DNA of 64,000 nt from Leptonemataceae bacterium. Lineage in GTDB: Bacteria > Spirochaetota > Leptospiria > Leptospirales > Leptonemataceae. Under the pieces are notes generated by a model that was not told the DNA's origin, did no database searches, and was given only the letters and a program-made list of their open reading frames with translations. The stretch's first letter is position 1. Each line of letters opens with the position of its first letter. The stretch is from the NCBI GenBank assembly GCA_965228745.1, contig CBDDID010000003.1:20152-84151 (forward strand). The letters run 5' to 3'. This document shows, one piece after another, positions 10,740 to 20,463 of the stretch. Position numbers and translations under genes: made by a program.

Positions 10740-10777
10740 AAAAAAACGGGCCTCGCGGACTGCACCAGGGCCCGTTT
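10740..10777 (-). terminator. intrinsic terminator (minus strand) after the 146-aa gene
   Basis: On the minus strand: AAACGGGCC, a 16-nt loop, GGCCCGTTT (9-bp stem), then a run of 7 T (the first three also pair as the top of the stem). Confidence 0.6.
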
Positions 10778-10783
10778 CAGTGA

Positions 10784-11221
10784 TCAGGATCGGCTAAGAG
10801 CCTTTTCCATAGTATCCAGCCAGGAACAATAATCTTTATGATACTTGACCAGGGTTTTGAGATACTCCCGTCGCTCTTCCATTAGAAGGCTGCGCGCTTC
10901 GGCAATAATGTCAGCGATGATTTCCCGGTGAAATGTAAGATGACTGAGATAGAATCGACGAATCTCCTGGGGAATCTGATCTGCGGACCACTGCCTCACC
11001 GTATGACTGAACTGTTTCAGATCGTCAAAGGCCTGTTCCAGATTGGACTCATATATACTGTTCATGAGGGATATACGATCTGTGATCTCAGATAGCACGT
11101 CGAATACCTGCTCCAGCTGCTCCATGGTCAGCTCTTCTGGCTGAACTTCCTCTGGTTGGACCTTTTCTTCTAAAGCGGACTCTGCATCCACGATAGCTGT
11201 GGAAGAACTGGCTGATGACAT
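10784..11221 (-). CDS. hypothetical acidic protein
   Basis: ORF 10784-11401, trimmed. The ATG at 11221 is preceded by AAGGAGGG 8-9 nt upstream. The longer N-terminus is antisense to tRNA-Pro. Confidence 0.55.
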   Translation of the reverse strand: MSSASSSTAIVDAESALEEKVQPEEVQPEELTMEQLEQVFDVLSEITDRISLMNSIYESNLEQAFDDLKQFSHTVRQWSADQIPQEIRRFYLSHLTFHREIIADIIAEARSLLMEERREYLKTLVKYHKDYCSWLDTMEKALSRS

Positions 11222-11334
11222 TTTGGTGCCCTCCTTCATATTTGTTACCCTCCATGACCAAATTTTTTTAGGCGGCCACAGGGTAAACAAAAAACACTTT
11301 TCATAAAAAGCGGAATCGGGCCTTTGCACCGTAT

Positions 11335-11406
11335 CGGGATGTAGCGCAGGGGTAGCGCACCTCGTTCGGGACGAGGGGGTCGGAGGTTCAAATCCTCTCA
11401 TCCCGA
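11335..11406 (+). tRNA. tRNA-Pro (anticodon CGG)
   Basis: Manual cloverleaf: acceptor CGGGATG/CATCCCG, D stem GCGC/GCGC, anticodon stem CCTCG/CGAGG with loop TTCGGGA, T arm GGAGG-TTCAAAT-CCTCT, discriminator A. No CCA is encoded. Confidence 0.9.
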
Positions 11407-11531
11407 AATGGCTGCGCTAAACCGGCCGGACCCGCTGCGGCAAAAAACCAAAAATGGGCTGCTTTCCTGTGCGGCCTGTCTACAAAGACATTGCGGACTC
11501 AACCGGTAGCTGAGTCCAGAGGCCAATTTAG

Positions 11532-12518
11532 ATGAAAGTCAAGCTGTATGGAGTAAGAGGATCGTTGCCGGCACCGTTGCGGAATGCTGAGTATAGAATC
11601 AAGCTGGAGGAGATCCTGAAGCGCTCCATCGCATCTGGTCTGAAAAGCGAAGATCAAATCGCATCCTTCCTGGATCACCTGCCTGGACATCTGTCCCATG
11701 TTGTGGGCGGAGATACAACCTGCGTTCGCGTGGATTCAGACGATGGAAATGTGTATATTCTGGATGCGGGAACCGGCCTTCGCCCGCTGGGCGATGAGCT
11801 AATGGCCGGCCCATGGGGACGCGGCCAGGGAAAAATCCACATCTTCTTCACCCATACCCACTGGGATCACATTCAAGGACTTCCCTTTTTCAAGCCCATC
11901 TACATCCCGGGAAATGAACTGCATCTTTATTCACCTTTGCCGGACCTGGAAGATCGCATGGCCTATCAGACCACGGAAAGGTTCTTTCCCATGCCATTCC
12001 ACAACTCCGCATCATCCAAGCACTTTCATCAGTTGAAGAAAGGGGAGCCCATTCAGCTGGACGGCGGTCTGGAACTGGACAGTCATCCCTTAAAGCATCC
12101 CGGCGGAAGTCAGGCCTATCGCTTTCGTTCCGATGCAGGGACTTTTATCTTCGCCACCGATGCGGAGTTTACTGGAGAGGATCTGATGAGCCGGCCGGAC
12201 GATGCTGCCTTTTTTGATCAGGCGGAGCTCCTTGTTATGGATGCACAGTACACCCTGGATGAATCCTTCTCTAAATTCGACTGGGGTCATACCAGCTATA
12301 CCATGGCTGTGAACTGCGCGGTGCACTGGAAAGTAAAAAACCTGGTGCTCACCCATCATGAGCCAGCCTACAGCGATGAAAAGATCTTTGAGAACTTCAA
12401 GAATGCCATAGAGCACCGTATGGCGCTACAGCATACCAGCCCCAGAATCTTTTTGGCCCGGGAAAGCGCCGAATTCGACTTGAGATCACTGAAATCCAGT
12501 CCAGCGCAGGGAGCATGA
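11532..12518 (+). CDS. MBL-fold metallo-hydrolase
   Basis: HxHxDH motif as FFTHTHWDHIQG, plus later His/Asp ligands. 4-nt overlap with the next gene. Confidence 0.8.
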   Translation: MKVKLYGVRGSLPAPLRNAEYRIKLEEILKRSIASGLKSEDQIASFLDHLPGHLSHVVGGDTTCVRVDSDDGNVYILDAGTGLRPLGDELMAGPWGRGQGKIHIFFTHTHWDHIQGLPFFKPIYIPGNELHLYSPLPDLEDRMAYQTTERFFPMPFHNSASSKHFHQLKKGEPIQLDGGLELDSHPLKHPGGSQAYRFRSDAGTFIFATDAEFTGEDLMSRPDDAAFFDQAELLVMDAQYTLDESFSKFDWGHTSYTMAVNCAVHWKVKNLVLTHHEPAYSDEKIFENFKNAIEHRMALQHTSPRIFLARESAEFDLRSLKSSPAQGA

Positions 12519-13003
12519 GCCCGGCCCGCGCCCCATTCCGAATCGCCGGCATTTTATGGACCCTGGTCTTTGGAAGCCTGGCGCTGGTTTTCTACTGGCA
12601 GAACTCCATGGAGCAGGATCTCCAGAAGAAGATTTTAAACCAGGGAAGAACCACTTTTGTGTACTTGAACCGATTGCAACGGAAACACAAATCCCTGGTG
12701 CCCAGTACCGGATTTTCTTTTCCCCCCAGCCCCGAGGTTTCCTATTTCTACACCTATAACTACCTTTATAAAGGAAGAAACTATACAGTTACCGAAGAGG
12801 TATCGGTGGATTTGTACTATCTGCACAAAGATGGCGAAAACCTTGAGGCGTTGCTCTATGCGGATGCCCGGGGAACCCCGCATACGCGAATCAAAGGGAA
12901 CCCTCCGGAGCAGTCCGGACCTCTGTTATTTTTGCTTTCTGCCGGTATAGCATCCTTTGGACTGATACTGATCCTCATCGGCTTCTTCCCCTTCAGATCA
13001 TGA
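12515..13003 (+). CDS. two-TM membrane protein (DUF3592-like topology)
   Basis: N- and C-terminal hydrophobic helices flank a Tyr-rich beta region. Overlaps both neighbours by 4 nt. Confidence 0.5.
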   Translation: MSPARAPFRIAGILWTLVFGSLALVFYWQNSMEQDLQKKILNQGRTTFVYLNRLQRKHKSLVPSTGFSFPPSPEVSYFYTYNYLYKGRNYTVTEEVSVDLYYLHKDGENLEALLYADARGTPHTRIKGNPPEQSGPLLFLLSAGIASFGLILILIGFFPFRS

Positions 13004-13824
13004 AACTTGCCATTTCCCCCTGCCCGAACGATACCTACATTTTTCACTGGATGATCCATAATCCAGCGGGACCCCGATTTGAGCCCGTCTACCTGGATAT
13101 TCAGGAGCTCAACGAAGAGGCCCGAGCTGGACGATACGAACTGACCAAAATGTCCTGCTATGCATTCTTGAAAATGAAGGATCAATACACGATGCTTGAA
13201 TCCGGTGGAGCCCTGGGCCGGGGTTGTGGCCCTTTGCTTGTAAGCTCTCAGGTCACCGGAGCATCCAGAAAACCCACCGCAGAACTACTACAATACCTCG
13301 CAGAACAAAAGAAGCCTATTCTGATTCCCGGCATGGAAACCACTGCATCGCTGATGCTTCGAATGTATCTGGACTCACTGGGATATTCCATTCCTCTGAA
13401 ATTCCTGCGCTATGATCAAATCCTGCCTGCTCTCCGTGATGGAGAGTTTGAGGCAGGGGTGATCATCCATGAGGAGCGATTTACCTATCCGACGTTCAAC
13501 ACCGACCTTGTGCAGGATCTTGGAGAGTGGTGGGAGCAAAGCACAGGTTCCCCTATTCCTCTGGGACTCATCGCCATTCGCAATGATTACCTGAGTCAGA
13601 AAGAAGAAATCACGGAAATCATTCGAAACAGTCTAAAGCATGCAAATGACAGACCTATTGAATCTTCGGAGTATATCCGGTGCCATGCTCAGGCCATGGA
13701 AGATCAGGCCATCCGCGATCATATTGCGCTCTATGTGAATGACTACTCGATGGACATGGGGCCGGAAGGCCTGAAAGCTATGGAAGAACTGGAGCGCCGG
13801 GCACGACAGGCAGGAGCTCTCTAA
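13000..13824 (+). CDS. mqnD: 1,4-dihydroxy-6-naphthoate synthase (futalosine pathway)
   Basis: N-terminus MKLAISPCPNDTYIFHWMIH matches the MqnD signature SPCPNDT. Length is 274 aa. Confidence 0.8.
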   Translation: MKLAISPCPNDTYIFHWMIHNPAGPRFEPVYLDIQELNEEARAGRYELTKMSCYAFLKMKDQYTMLESGGALGRGCGPLLVSSQVTGASRKPTAELLQYLAEQKKPILIPGMETTASLMLRMYLDSLGYSIPLKFLRYDQILPALRDGEFEAGVIIHEERFTYPTFNTDLVQDLGEWWEQSTGSPIPLGLIAIRNDYLSQKEEITEIIRNSLKHANDRPIESSEYIRCHAQAMEDQAIRDHIALYVNDYSMDMGPEGLKAMEELERRARQAGAL

Positions 13825-13971
13825 CCTTTACCGGGAAAGGGACCCGGCATCATCGTGCCCGAACGGTTCCCGAGGAATGCTCAGAGCGTCTGACCATATG
13901 AGCCCTGAGGATGCAACAAAGACCTAAGGGACTGGATGGTGCCCAACTCCAGGACCTCTTACAACACCGAG

Positions 13972-14982
13972 CTATCCCGTCAGCCCGCGAAATACCAGAT
14001 AGCCCACGTAGAAGAACAGAAATACCAGCCCCTGACTTCTTTCCAGAGTATGGCGCTTGCCCACAAAGATGAAAAGGAAAAGCAGAAGGCTGGCTACAAT
14101 AACCATAAATAGATCCAGATTCGCTGCCCTGGAGAAAGGAATGGGACGAATACTCATGCTCAGCCCCAGCACCCAGAAGATATTAAAAATGTTGGAGCCC
14201 ACAACATTCCCTACAGCGATGTCCGAATTCCCTTTTCGCGCAGCAACAACGGAGGCCGCAAGCTCCGGCAGACTCGTGCCGATGGCAACAATGGAAAGCC
14301 CTATGATGTCTTCGCCTATGTCCATCCCTCTAGCCATGGTCACCGCCCCATCCACAATCCAGTCGCCCCCCAGAGGCAGGGCTATCATGCCAAGAACTGT
14401 AAAGAGGATCGCTTTTCCAACTCCCATGGTTTCTTCGGGAAGATCGTCCAGCAAAGCATCGGCCTGACCTTTTACCGCAAGGTTGCCTACATAATACATA
14501 AAGATGGCAAAAAACAGCATGATGGTAAGCCCATCGCTTCGACTGAGAATATTTTCTTCAGAGCCATCCAGGAGGCGGTCGTTAGCTACAACAAAGAGCA
14601 CGATGACAGCCAGAAAACTGAAGGGAATCTCCTTCCATACTGTGCTGGACTGAACCGTAAGAGGTCGCACCAGAGCCGTAACACCCAGAATCAGAAGAAT
14701 GTTTGCAATGTTACTTCCTACGACGTTGGAAACTGCCAGGTCCGCACTGCCCTGGAAGCTTGCGATTATGTTCACCGCCAGTTCTGGCATGGAGGTTCCA
14801 AAAGATACAATGGTCAGTCCGATGATAAGATCGGAAATATGCATTCTTCGTGCGATGGAGCTGGCGCCCTCTACCAGCCAGTCCGCGCCTTTTATCAGGA
14901 GGTAAAAGCCAGGTAGAAAAAGAATATATGGTAGATAGGGCTGAATTGCTTCCGGGATCATTCTGGCCGCCATTGGTGCCAC
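13972..14982 (-). CDS. Ca2+/Na+ antiporter (CaCA / YrbG family)
   Basis: Two alpha-repeat motifs, GTSMPELAVNI and GTSLPELAASV. Polytopic membrane protein. Confidence 0.85.
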   Translation of the reverse strand: MAPMAARMIPEAIQPYLPYILFLPGFYLLIKGADWLVEGASSIARRMHISDLIIGLTIVSFGTSMPELAVNIIASFQGSADLAVSNVVGSNIANILLILGVTALVRPLTVQSSTVWKEIPFSFLAVIVLFVVANDRLLDGSEENILSRSDGLTIMLFFAIFMYYVGNLAVKGQADALLDDLPEETMGVGKAILFTVLGMIALPLGGDWIVDGAVTMARGMDIGEDIIGLSIVAIGTSLPELAASVVAARKGNSDIAVGNVVGSNIFNIFWVLGLSMSIRPIPFSRAANLDLFMVIVASLLLFLFIFVGKRHTLERSQGLVFLFFYVGYLVFRGLTG

Positions 14983-15377
14983 TGGCTTTCCAGATTCCAG
15001 AAGAATCCAGATCCGCCCTTAAAATTTCACAGAGACAATCCGGAGAAAAGAAACATCGAATAAGTGAAGGACTTCTACCGCCATGCAGGGCCCGAAACCG
15101 AAGACCGGTAGAACATCCGGAACCGGGCTTGTGCCCGGAGGCTGGAAGGGCCGCTACAGGATATCCGGGGCGCTCGACGCAGCGTCCTGAACTCTACGCA
15201 GAGCAAAGGGAATTATCCATTTCCTGCGATCCAGAGATGGGCCCATTGAGTAATGGAAGGAGCCCCAGAGGCCCTGAAAAATAGTGTCAAAAAGGGGACT
15301 GTAGATTCTGTTTCTGGCCGCCTCTGAAAGCAAAATAGGCTGGAAAATGCAGCGGATCTCCCTGTTTATGTAGTAAG

Positions 15378-16181
15378 GTGATACGCCGACCCGCACATTT
15401 TTTCCTGGCCATTCTGCTTTTGGCATCCAGCTCCACCTGGGCTGGTCCTATTGGGTTTCAAAATACTGTAACCAATCCTGGCATGGGCCCGCTCTTTCGA
15501 AACCCGCCAGGCATCAGCAATGTTCCTCTGGTTCTGCCCCTGGAAGCAGATTTAATGGAGTACAGGTTTCAGGGCAGCTCCAAAGCGAATCTGAAACTCT
15601 CCGATCTGCAACCGACTCAGAATCCAATCTATCGTAACAGCAATCGTTATTTAACTCTCAGTGAGGAAGAAGGTTTCGCACTGCAATTCCGAGAAAAGAG
15701 GCTGTACCATCGGGCAGCCCTGGAGCTCACTTTGCTGGATCCGCGGCGAGCCTATGCACCCAATGCCAGGGCTCGAGAAATGGATCTGCTTGTTCAGTTC
15801 AGAAGCAGCCGATTCAGCCTGCTATTGGATCTGGGTCATGAGCAGGACCTGGCGCTGGATAGCGAAGATCCAGATCAAAGGGTGTCCGCTGGCCTGTCCC
15901 TGGGCTACGGGCTCAGTTCCAGGTCCCCGGTTTCCGTTCTTCTGGGACTTCAGTCCAGACATAAGATCATCGATCCGTTTCGAGAGAATCAAATCGTAGG
16001 GGCCCAGTACGGTACACTGTTCTTCACTCCAGGTATTCAGATTTCTACCAGTTCGATGATTCTGGAAGCAACCCTGGAAGTGCCCATGCATACCTATGAT
16101 TTGAGGCCCGATCAATCCACCGTTGCCCCGGTTGAGAACGACCTAAAAGCCCGGTTCGGGATGAAGTACTTCATCGAATAA
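15378..16181 (+). CDS. secreted protein, possibly an outer-membrane beta-barrel
   Basis: GTG start and a signal peptide (ILLLASSSTWAGP). Alternating beta-strand pattern ending in an aromatic-rich C-terminus (RFGMKYFIE). Confidence 0.45.
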   Translation: MIRRPAHFFLAILLLASSSTWAGPIGFQNTVTNPGMGPLFRNPPGISNVPLVLPLEADLMEYRFQGSSKANLKLSDLQPTQNPIYRNSNRYLTLSEEEGFALQFREKRLYHRAALELTLLDPRRAYAPNARAREMDLLVQFRSSRFSLLLDLGHEQDLALDSEDPDQRVSAGLSLGYGLSSRSPVSVLLGLQSRHKIIDPFRENQIVGAQYGTLFFTPGIQISTSSMILEATLEVPMHTYDLRPDQSTVAPVENDLKARFGMKYFIE

Positions 16182-16438
16182 TCTCAACTGATTTCTGGAA
16201 GCCTGTAGACGGCTTATTGACACTGCCGACATCCAGGCATCTACTTGCACCGGCACAATACCTTTCCGTATCCTGTGAAAATCGAAACCTTTTTGAGAAA
16301 AAGCAATCCTGCCATAATATGCGGGACGGGCTCTGAAGGCTCTCAGTCACTATGAGCTCATAAAAAAGGCCAGGGAATGGTGGTGCCATCCATGATCCAG
16401 CGACCCCTGGCGATTTGGAACGAGGAAGGCCCGGTTTC

Positions 16439-17998
16439 CTAATTTCGAAGTCTGGATTTATTCTCTATGCCATAGGCCTGCCGAAGGGCTTCATTGCCGG
16501 CCCCTGTGGGAACATAGAGCTTTCGTCCGGAGCGAAATTCCAGCACTGCAATGGATCCGGGTTTCCCTTCAACCGCACGGGCAAGCTGGTTCAAAGAATG
16601 GACCTCTTTTCCGTTGATTCGAACCAGCTGCTCTCCTGCAAACCTCTCAAAGCCTCTGGTAGAGTCCGCGGGCAGGACATCTGAGAGCACCAGAATCCGA
16701 TCCTTCTTTTCTCCTGGCTTGTAATACTTCCCGGAATCGTACACGGCAGCCAGCGCCAGGGCCCGGTTCTGCCATTCCGCGCCGAACCTTTCTTTCAGAT
16801 AGGGCACGCTCAATTCCACAAAGATAAATCCTTCATGCACAAGATAAGGTGGAGGACCGGGCTCGGACCAGGGCACACGCTCTGCTCCGCCGCTGTAGGA
16901 TTTCAATTTGATTTTGATCTTCTTTATTTCGCCTTTGCGAACAATCTCGAGATCCAGTTCCTGCCCCACCTTTCGAAGGTCACCCTTTACATCTCGAACA
17001 AATAGCAAATCCACCGGCTGCCATCCCAGACGAGGATCATTGTAATCTCCGGCTGGATTTACTGAATAGCCATCCAGTCGAGTGAGCACATCCCCGGGCT
17101 GCAGCGAGTCGGTTACAGAACATCCATCCAGTACCGTAGTAATCAGAATGCCATCCTGAGAATTCTCCAGGCCATAGTGCTTTCTCAAGGCCGGATCCTC
17201 CAGAGGGGAATAGAAAAAGCCCTGAACGGGAAACCCTGTGTATCCTTCCCTTCGTCGACTGGCTGGCTTGTCCTGAACGGCATCTACCATGCTCTCGAAC
17301 TGACGCAAGCGGGAGGCAAACACAGCTTCGGCCTGATCCTGACCATCTACAAATCCAATCATTCCGGTTATGCCTTCCCCATCCAGAATCAGGCCACCGG
17401 CTTCAAAACGCGGCGAAGAACGAAAGATAGCCACAGGCAATCGGGTGAATCCGTAGTCTGCCACAGGCAGCAACTCAGAAACAGTGACATCATTGCTTTC
17501 TATACTGAAGCTGCTATCAATCCGGGCAGCTCGATAGGTCTGGCCGGGCAATGGATCCGCAGAGAATGGGATAGGCTCCATTCCCTGGAAAAACTCAGCA
17601 TCTTGCACCGAGAGCATTGCCAGATTGGCCTCCGCATCCGAAAGGATCACCTCGGCCTGGTATTTTTTGTAGGAACCCTGGCGAGTTACTTCGATATTCG
17701 CCGCATCCTTTACCGGCCCGGCAGAAACAAGGATTCGGTTCCCCGGACGAACAATGCCAGTAATATCGAAAGTGGAACCTACTTCTCTTGCCCAGGGCCG
17801 CGCCGGATTGTAATGCACCGTACTGATTCTAAGGCGCACAAGCCCCTGGTGCATGCGTTCCTGGGAAAAGGACCATCCGGAAACCGAACTGGAAAGCCCC
17901 TGGCCATCTGCCAGCACCGGCCGAACGAGAAAAGAGAAGGTGGCTCCTGATATCAGGACCAGGGTCACCAGAAAACCGATCTGGACCTTCCGAATCAT
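16439..17998 (-). CDS. catalytically inactive Deg/HtrA-like paralogue (pseudoprotease) with PDZ-like C-terminus
   Basis: An ungapped 54-residue alignment with the upstream protease (GNRILVSAGPV...EANLAMLSVQDAEFFQG versus GNRIMTNAHVV...DCDLAILTVNDPEFFQG) shows His->Gly and Asp->Asn. GNSGGP is replaced by FEAGGL (Ser->Ala). ATGA overlap with the upstream gene. Confidence 0.7.
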   Translation of the reverse strand: MIRKVQIGFLVTLVLISGATFSFLVRPVLADGQGLSSSVSGWSFSQERMHQGLVRLRISTVHYNPARPWAREVGSTFDITGIVRPGNRILVSAGPVKDAANIEVTRQGSYKKYQAEVILSDAEANLAMLSVQDAEFFQGMEPIPFSADPLPGQTYRAARIDSSFSIESNDVTVSELLPVADYGFTRLPVAIFRSSPRFEAGGLILDGEGITGMIGFVDGQDQAEAVFASRLRQFESMVDAVQDKPASRRREGYTGFPVQGFFYSPLEDPALRKHYGLENSQDGILITTVLDGCSVTDSLQPGDVLTRLDGYSVNPAGDYNDPRLGWQPVDLLFVRDVKGDLRKVGQELDLEIVRKGEIKKIKIKLKSYSGGAERVPWSEPGPPPYLVHEGFIFVELSVPYLKERFGAEWQNRALALAAVYDSGKYYKPGEKKDRILVLSDVLPADSTRGFERFAGEQLVRINGKEVHSLNQLARAVEGKPGSIAVLEFRSGRKLYVPTGAGNEALRQAYGIENKSRLRN

Positions 17999-19566
17999 TT
18001 TCCACCTCCATCTGCGCGAAACAATTGCTGGATTCCATATCTTGTAGCAATGTCTTGATCAGCGCCGCCCTTTAGTTGCTCTGCATCCAGCACCAGAGGC
18101 ACTTCCGAATCTTTGAAGCGAATGACCACGTCCCCTTTCTTTCGCTGCTCCTGCACAAGTTTTGCAAACTGCACAAAGTTCAGGACCCTGGTTCCATTCA
18201 CCGACTCAACGATCTGACTCAGGTATCGATCCCCGTATGCATTCACAGGGTGAGCCAGACGTCGGGTCAGCACAACATCCACGCTCCCTTCCCTGTATAA
18301 TCCATGAAAAAGGTGATAATGATAGCGATACAGAATTTGAATCCGCCCCTCTGAAGCCCATTGCCTGTCCATAGCATCCATCAGGTTCGCATTCAAGGGC
18401 TGAAAAAGATAGCCATGCAATAGATAATACTCCGGAGGTTGGCCGTACTTCCGTCGTTTGAAAGTGAGCACATCGCTCCGCCTGGATTTAAGAGAAACCT
18501 TCCCCTTTTTTCCATCTCTCAGATATTCAATTTCGATGGGATCCCCTTCAAATACATGATCCACAAGCTCCAGATAAGGATACAGAGTGCCCTCGAGCTC
18601 CACATCCCCTTCTCCGGTAATCTCATGGCCGTTGATTTTCAGAAGCACATCCCCGGGTTTTAATCCGGCCGCTGCGGTAGATCCAGGAATGATCCGGTAA
18701 ACCTGCACACCAAAGTACGGCGAAGGCCGGCCCGAAACCTCCAGAGCCTGAATTTGAGCTGGATTTTGCACGGGGTTGTCGAGAACTCCAAACTCCACAT
18801 AGCCTTCGTAGCTACCGTCCTCTATATCTTTAAGAAAGCGCTCCACTACCACTGGAGGGATGAGATATCCCAGGTTTTCTCCGGAAGTAATGGCTTGAAA
18901 GGCCACGCCAATGACCTTGCCATCCTGAATGGCCGGGCCACCGGAGTTCCCGGGGTTGATGGCTGCATCCACCTGAATAATGCGATGAGCATCCACCCCG
19001 CTATGGCTATAAACATCCATGTCGATCCTGGAAACCACGCCACGAGTGATGGAAAGGCGATTCCCTCCGATGGGAAATCCCAGCACGGTAACCGGAGTGT
19101 TCAGGGAAGGCTGACTGCCAATTTGAAGCGGCCTGGCACCTTGAAAGAACTCAGGATCATTAACCGTCAGGATTGCCAGATCACAGTCATGCGCAATGAA
19201 GGAAACCCGAGCCGGATAATCCTTTTTCTGGGATGGACGCTTGATTCGAATCTGCACTGCCCCGCTCACCACATGAGCATTCGTCATGATTCGATTTCCT
19301 TCTATAATAAAGCCTGTACCGCCGCTACCCTGGAGCTGTGGCGATTGCCATGGATCCCTGTAAGAGAAGGCCACTGACTCGACATTGATCTGGACCACAG
19401 ATTCCGAAATCCTGGAGAAATCCCTGGCCTCCTCTGCAGACAGAGAGGAACCCAGGGTGAACCAGGAAAGGCAGACAGATATCGTGATTCGAAGAAGGCC
19501 GCGACGCCACCGAGGAATCCTCCGGGGTCGAAGCAGATAAGGAAGGGATGCCTGTTCTGCGCACAT
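17995..19566 (-). CDS. S1C (Deg/HtrA-type) serine protease
   Basis: Catalytic motifs TNAHVV, DLAIL and GNSGGP. ORF 17995-19683, trimmed to MCAEQ..., which leaves a signal-like segment LSWFTLGSSLSAEE. Confidence 0.8.
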   Translation of the reverse strand: MCAEQASLPYLLRPRRIPRWRRGLLRITISVCLSWFTLGSSLSAEEARDFSRISESVVQINVESVAFSYRDPWQSPQLQGSGGTGFIIEGNRIMTNAHVVSGAVQIRIKRPSQKKDYPARVSFIAHDCDLAILTVNDPEFFQGARPLQIGSQPSLNTPVTVLGFPIGGNRLSITRGVVSRIDMDVYSHSGVDAHRIIQVDAAINPGNSGGPAIQDGKVIGVAFQAITSGENLGYLIPPVVVERFLKDIEDGSYEGYVEFGVLDNPVQNPAQIQALEVSGRPSPYFGVQVYRIIPGSTAAAGLKPGDVLLKINGHEITGEGDVELEGTLYPYLELVDHVFEGDPIEIEYLRDGKKGKVSLKSRRSDVLTFKRRKYGQPPEYYLLHGYLFQPLNANLMDAMDRQWASEGRIQILYRYHYHLFHGLYREGSVDVVLTRRLAHPVNAYGDRYLSQIVESVNGTRVLNFVQFAKLVQEQRKKGDVVIRFKDSEVPLVLDAEQLKGGADQDIATRYGIQQLFRADGGGK

Positions 19567-19695
19567 AGCAGCTGCATCCGCCCTTGAAAACCAGGACCCT
19601 GGACGAGTCCCGGCCCGACTATGGAAAAACAAAAAGGGACCGGACATCGGACGGATAATGCCCGGGGGCCACCGGGAGTCCAACGAAAACCGGTG

Positions 19696-20283
19696 CTAGC
19701 TTCGGCTGGCTCGAAGATCCTCTTTCATAGCTTCCAACTGTTCCTGATTCAAGGGCTGTCTATAGCTGCAAGCTGGATGTGTAATTAGAAGTTCCACATC
19801 AGACGTGGAAAGAAATGCATCTGCAGCCTTTTCCCCCAGGGGAAACCGCAGATAGTGAACCGATGAAATCTTACCATCGGTAATTTGGCGATCATCAAAC
19901 TCAGCCTGAACCTGATAATCTTTGTCGATGAGCATACTAACGGAATCCTGCAGTCCCACCAGTTCCCTTAGCTTAAATGCTCGAGCCGCCGGATCATTGA
20001 TTTCAATTAGGAGGCTTGCGGTGATCTCATTTGGATCAGGCACCAGCTCATTGTAGGTTTCGATTTCATGCTTTACCGCCGTATCGTCTTTTAGCTGCTC
20101 TACCCGGGCCATCTCCTGGATCTGGTATTTCATTGTATCTGCATTCTCAAAAAGGAAATTCAGATATTCCCCTACACCTATTCGGCGGGCTTTCTTGATT
20201 TCGAAGATTCTCTGTCTGTATTCATCGCGCACCCTGTCATATTGTTCCAGGGGCATTATATCGGATGGTTGAATCTTGGTCAT
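19696..20283 (-). CDS. DUF3501 family protein
   Basis: The block YLNFLFENADTMKYQIQEMARVEQL resembles the DUF3501 signature. Lies beside Fe-S(CCG) and rubrerythrin genes, as is usual for this family. Confidence 0.6.
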   Translation of the reverse strand: MTKIQPSDIMPLEQYDRVRDEYRQRIFEIKKARRIGVGEYLNFLFENADTMKYQIQEMARVEQLKDDTAVKHEIETYNELVPDPNEITASLLIEINDPAARAFKLRELVGLQDSVSMLIDKDYQVQAEFDDRQITDGKISSVHYLRFPLGEKAADAFLSTSDVELLITHPACSYRQPLNQEQLEAMKEDLRASRS

Positions 20284-20463
20284 GGTTTCCTCCCTTGTTC
20301 TACGGCAAATGCGCAGAATAAAATCTCTTATACAAAATGGCTACGACAGATCCGGCGCTTGCTGCTCGAAGCAGTCCTGGTCCCGGCTCAGAGTTTCCAG
20401 CGCCATGGTTCAGTGCTGAGCTCCCGGGAAAAGGACTTGCAAGTGGCTTTCTAAATCCGGGGA

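Noticed and set aside
10784-11401. 205-aa ORF as listed, with N-terminus MRGFEPPTPSSRTRCATPALHPD
   Set aside because: The first ~25 residues are the antisense translation of tRNA-Pro (11335-11406). A much better start (ATG 11221 behind AAGGAGGG) lies downstream, so the CDS was trimmed.
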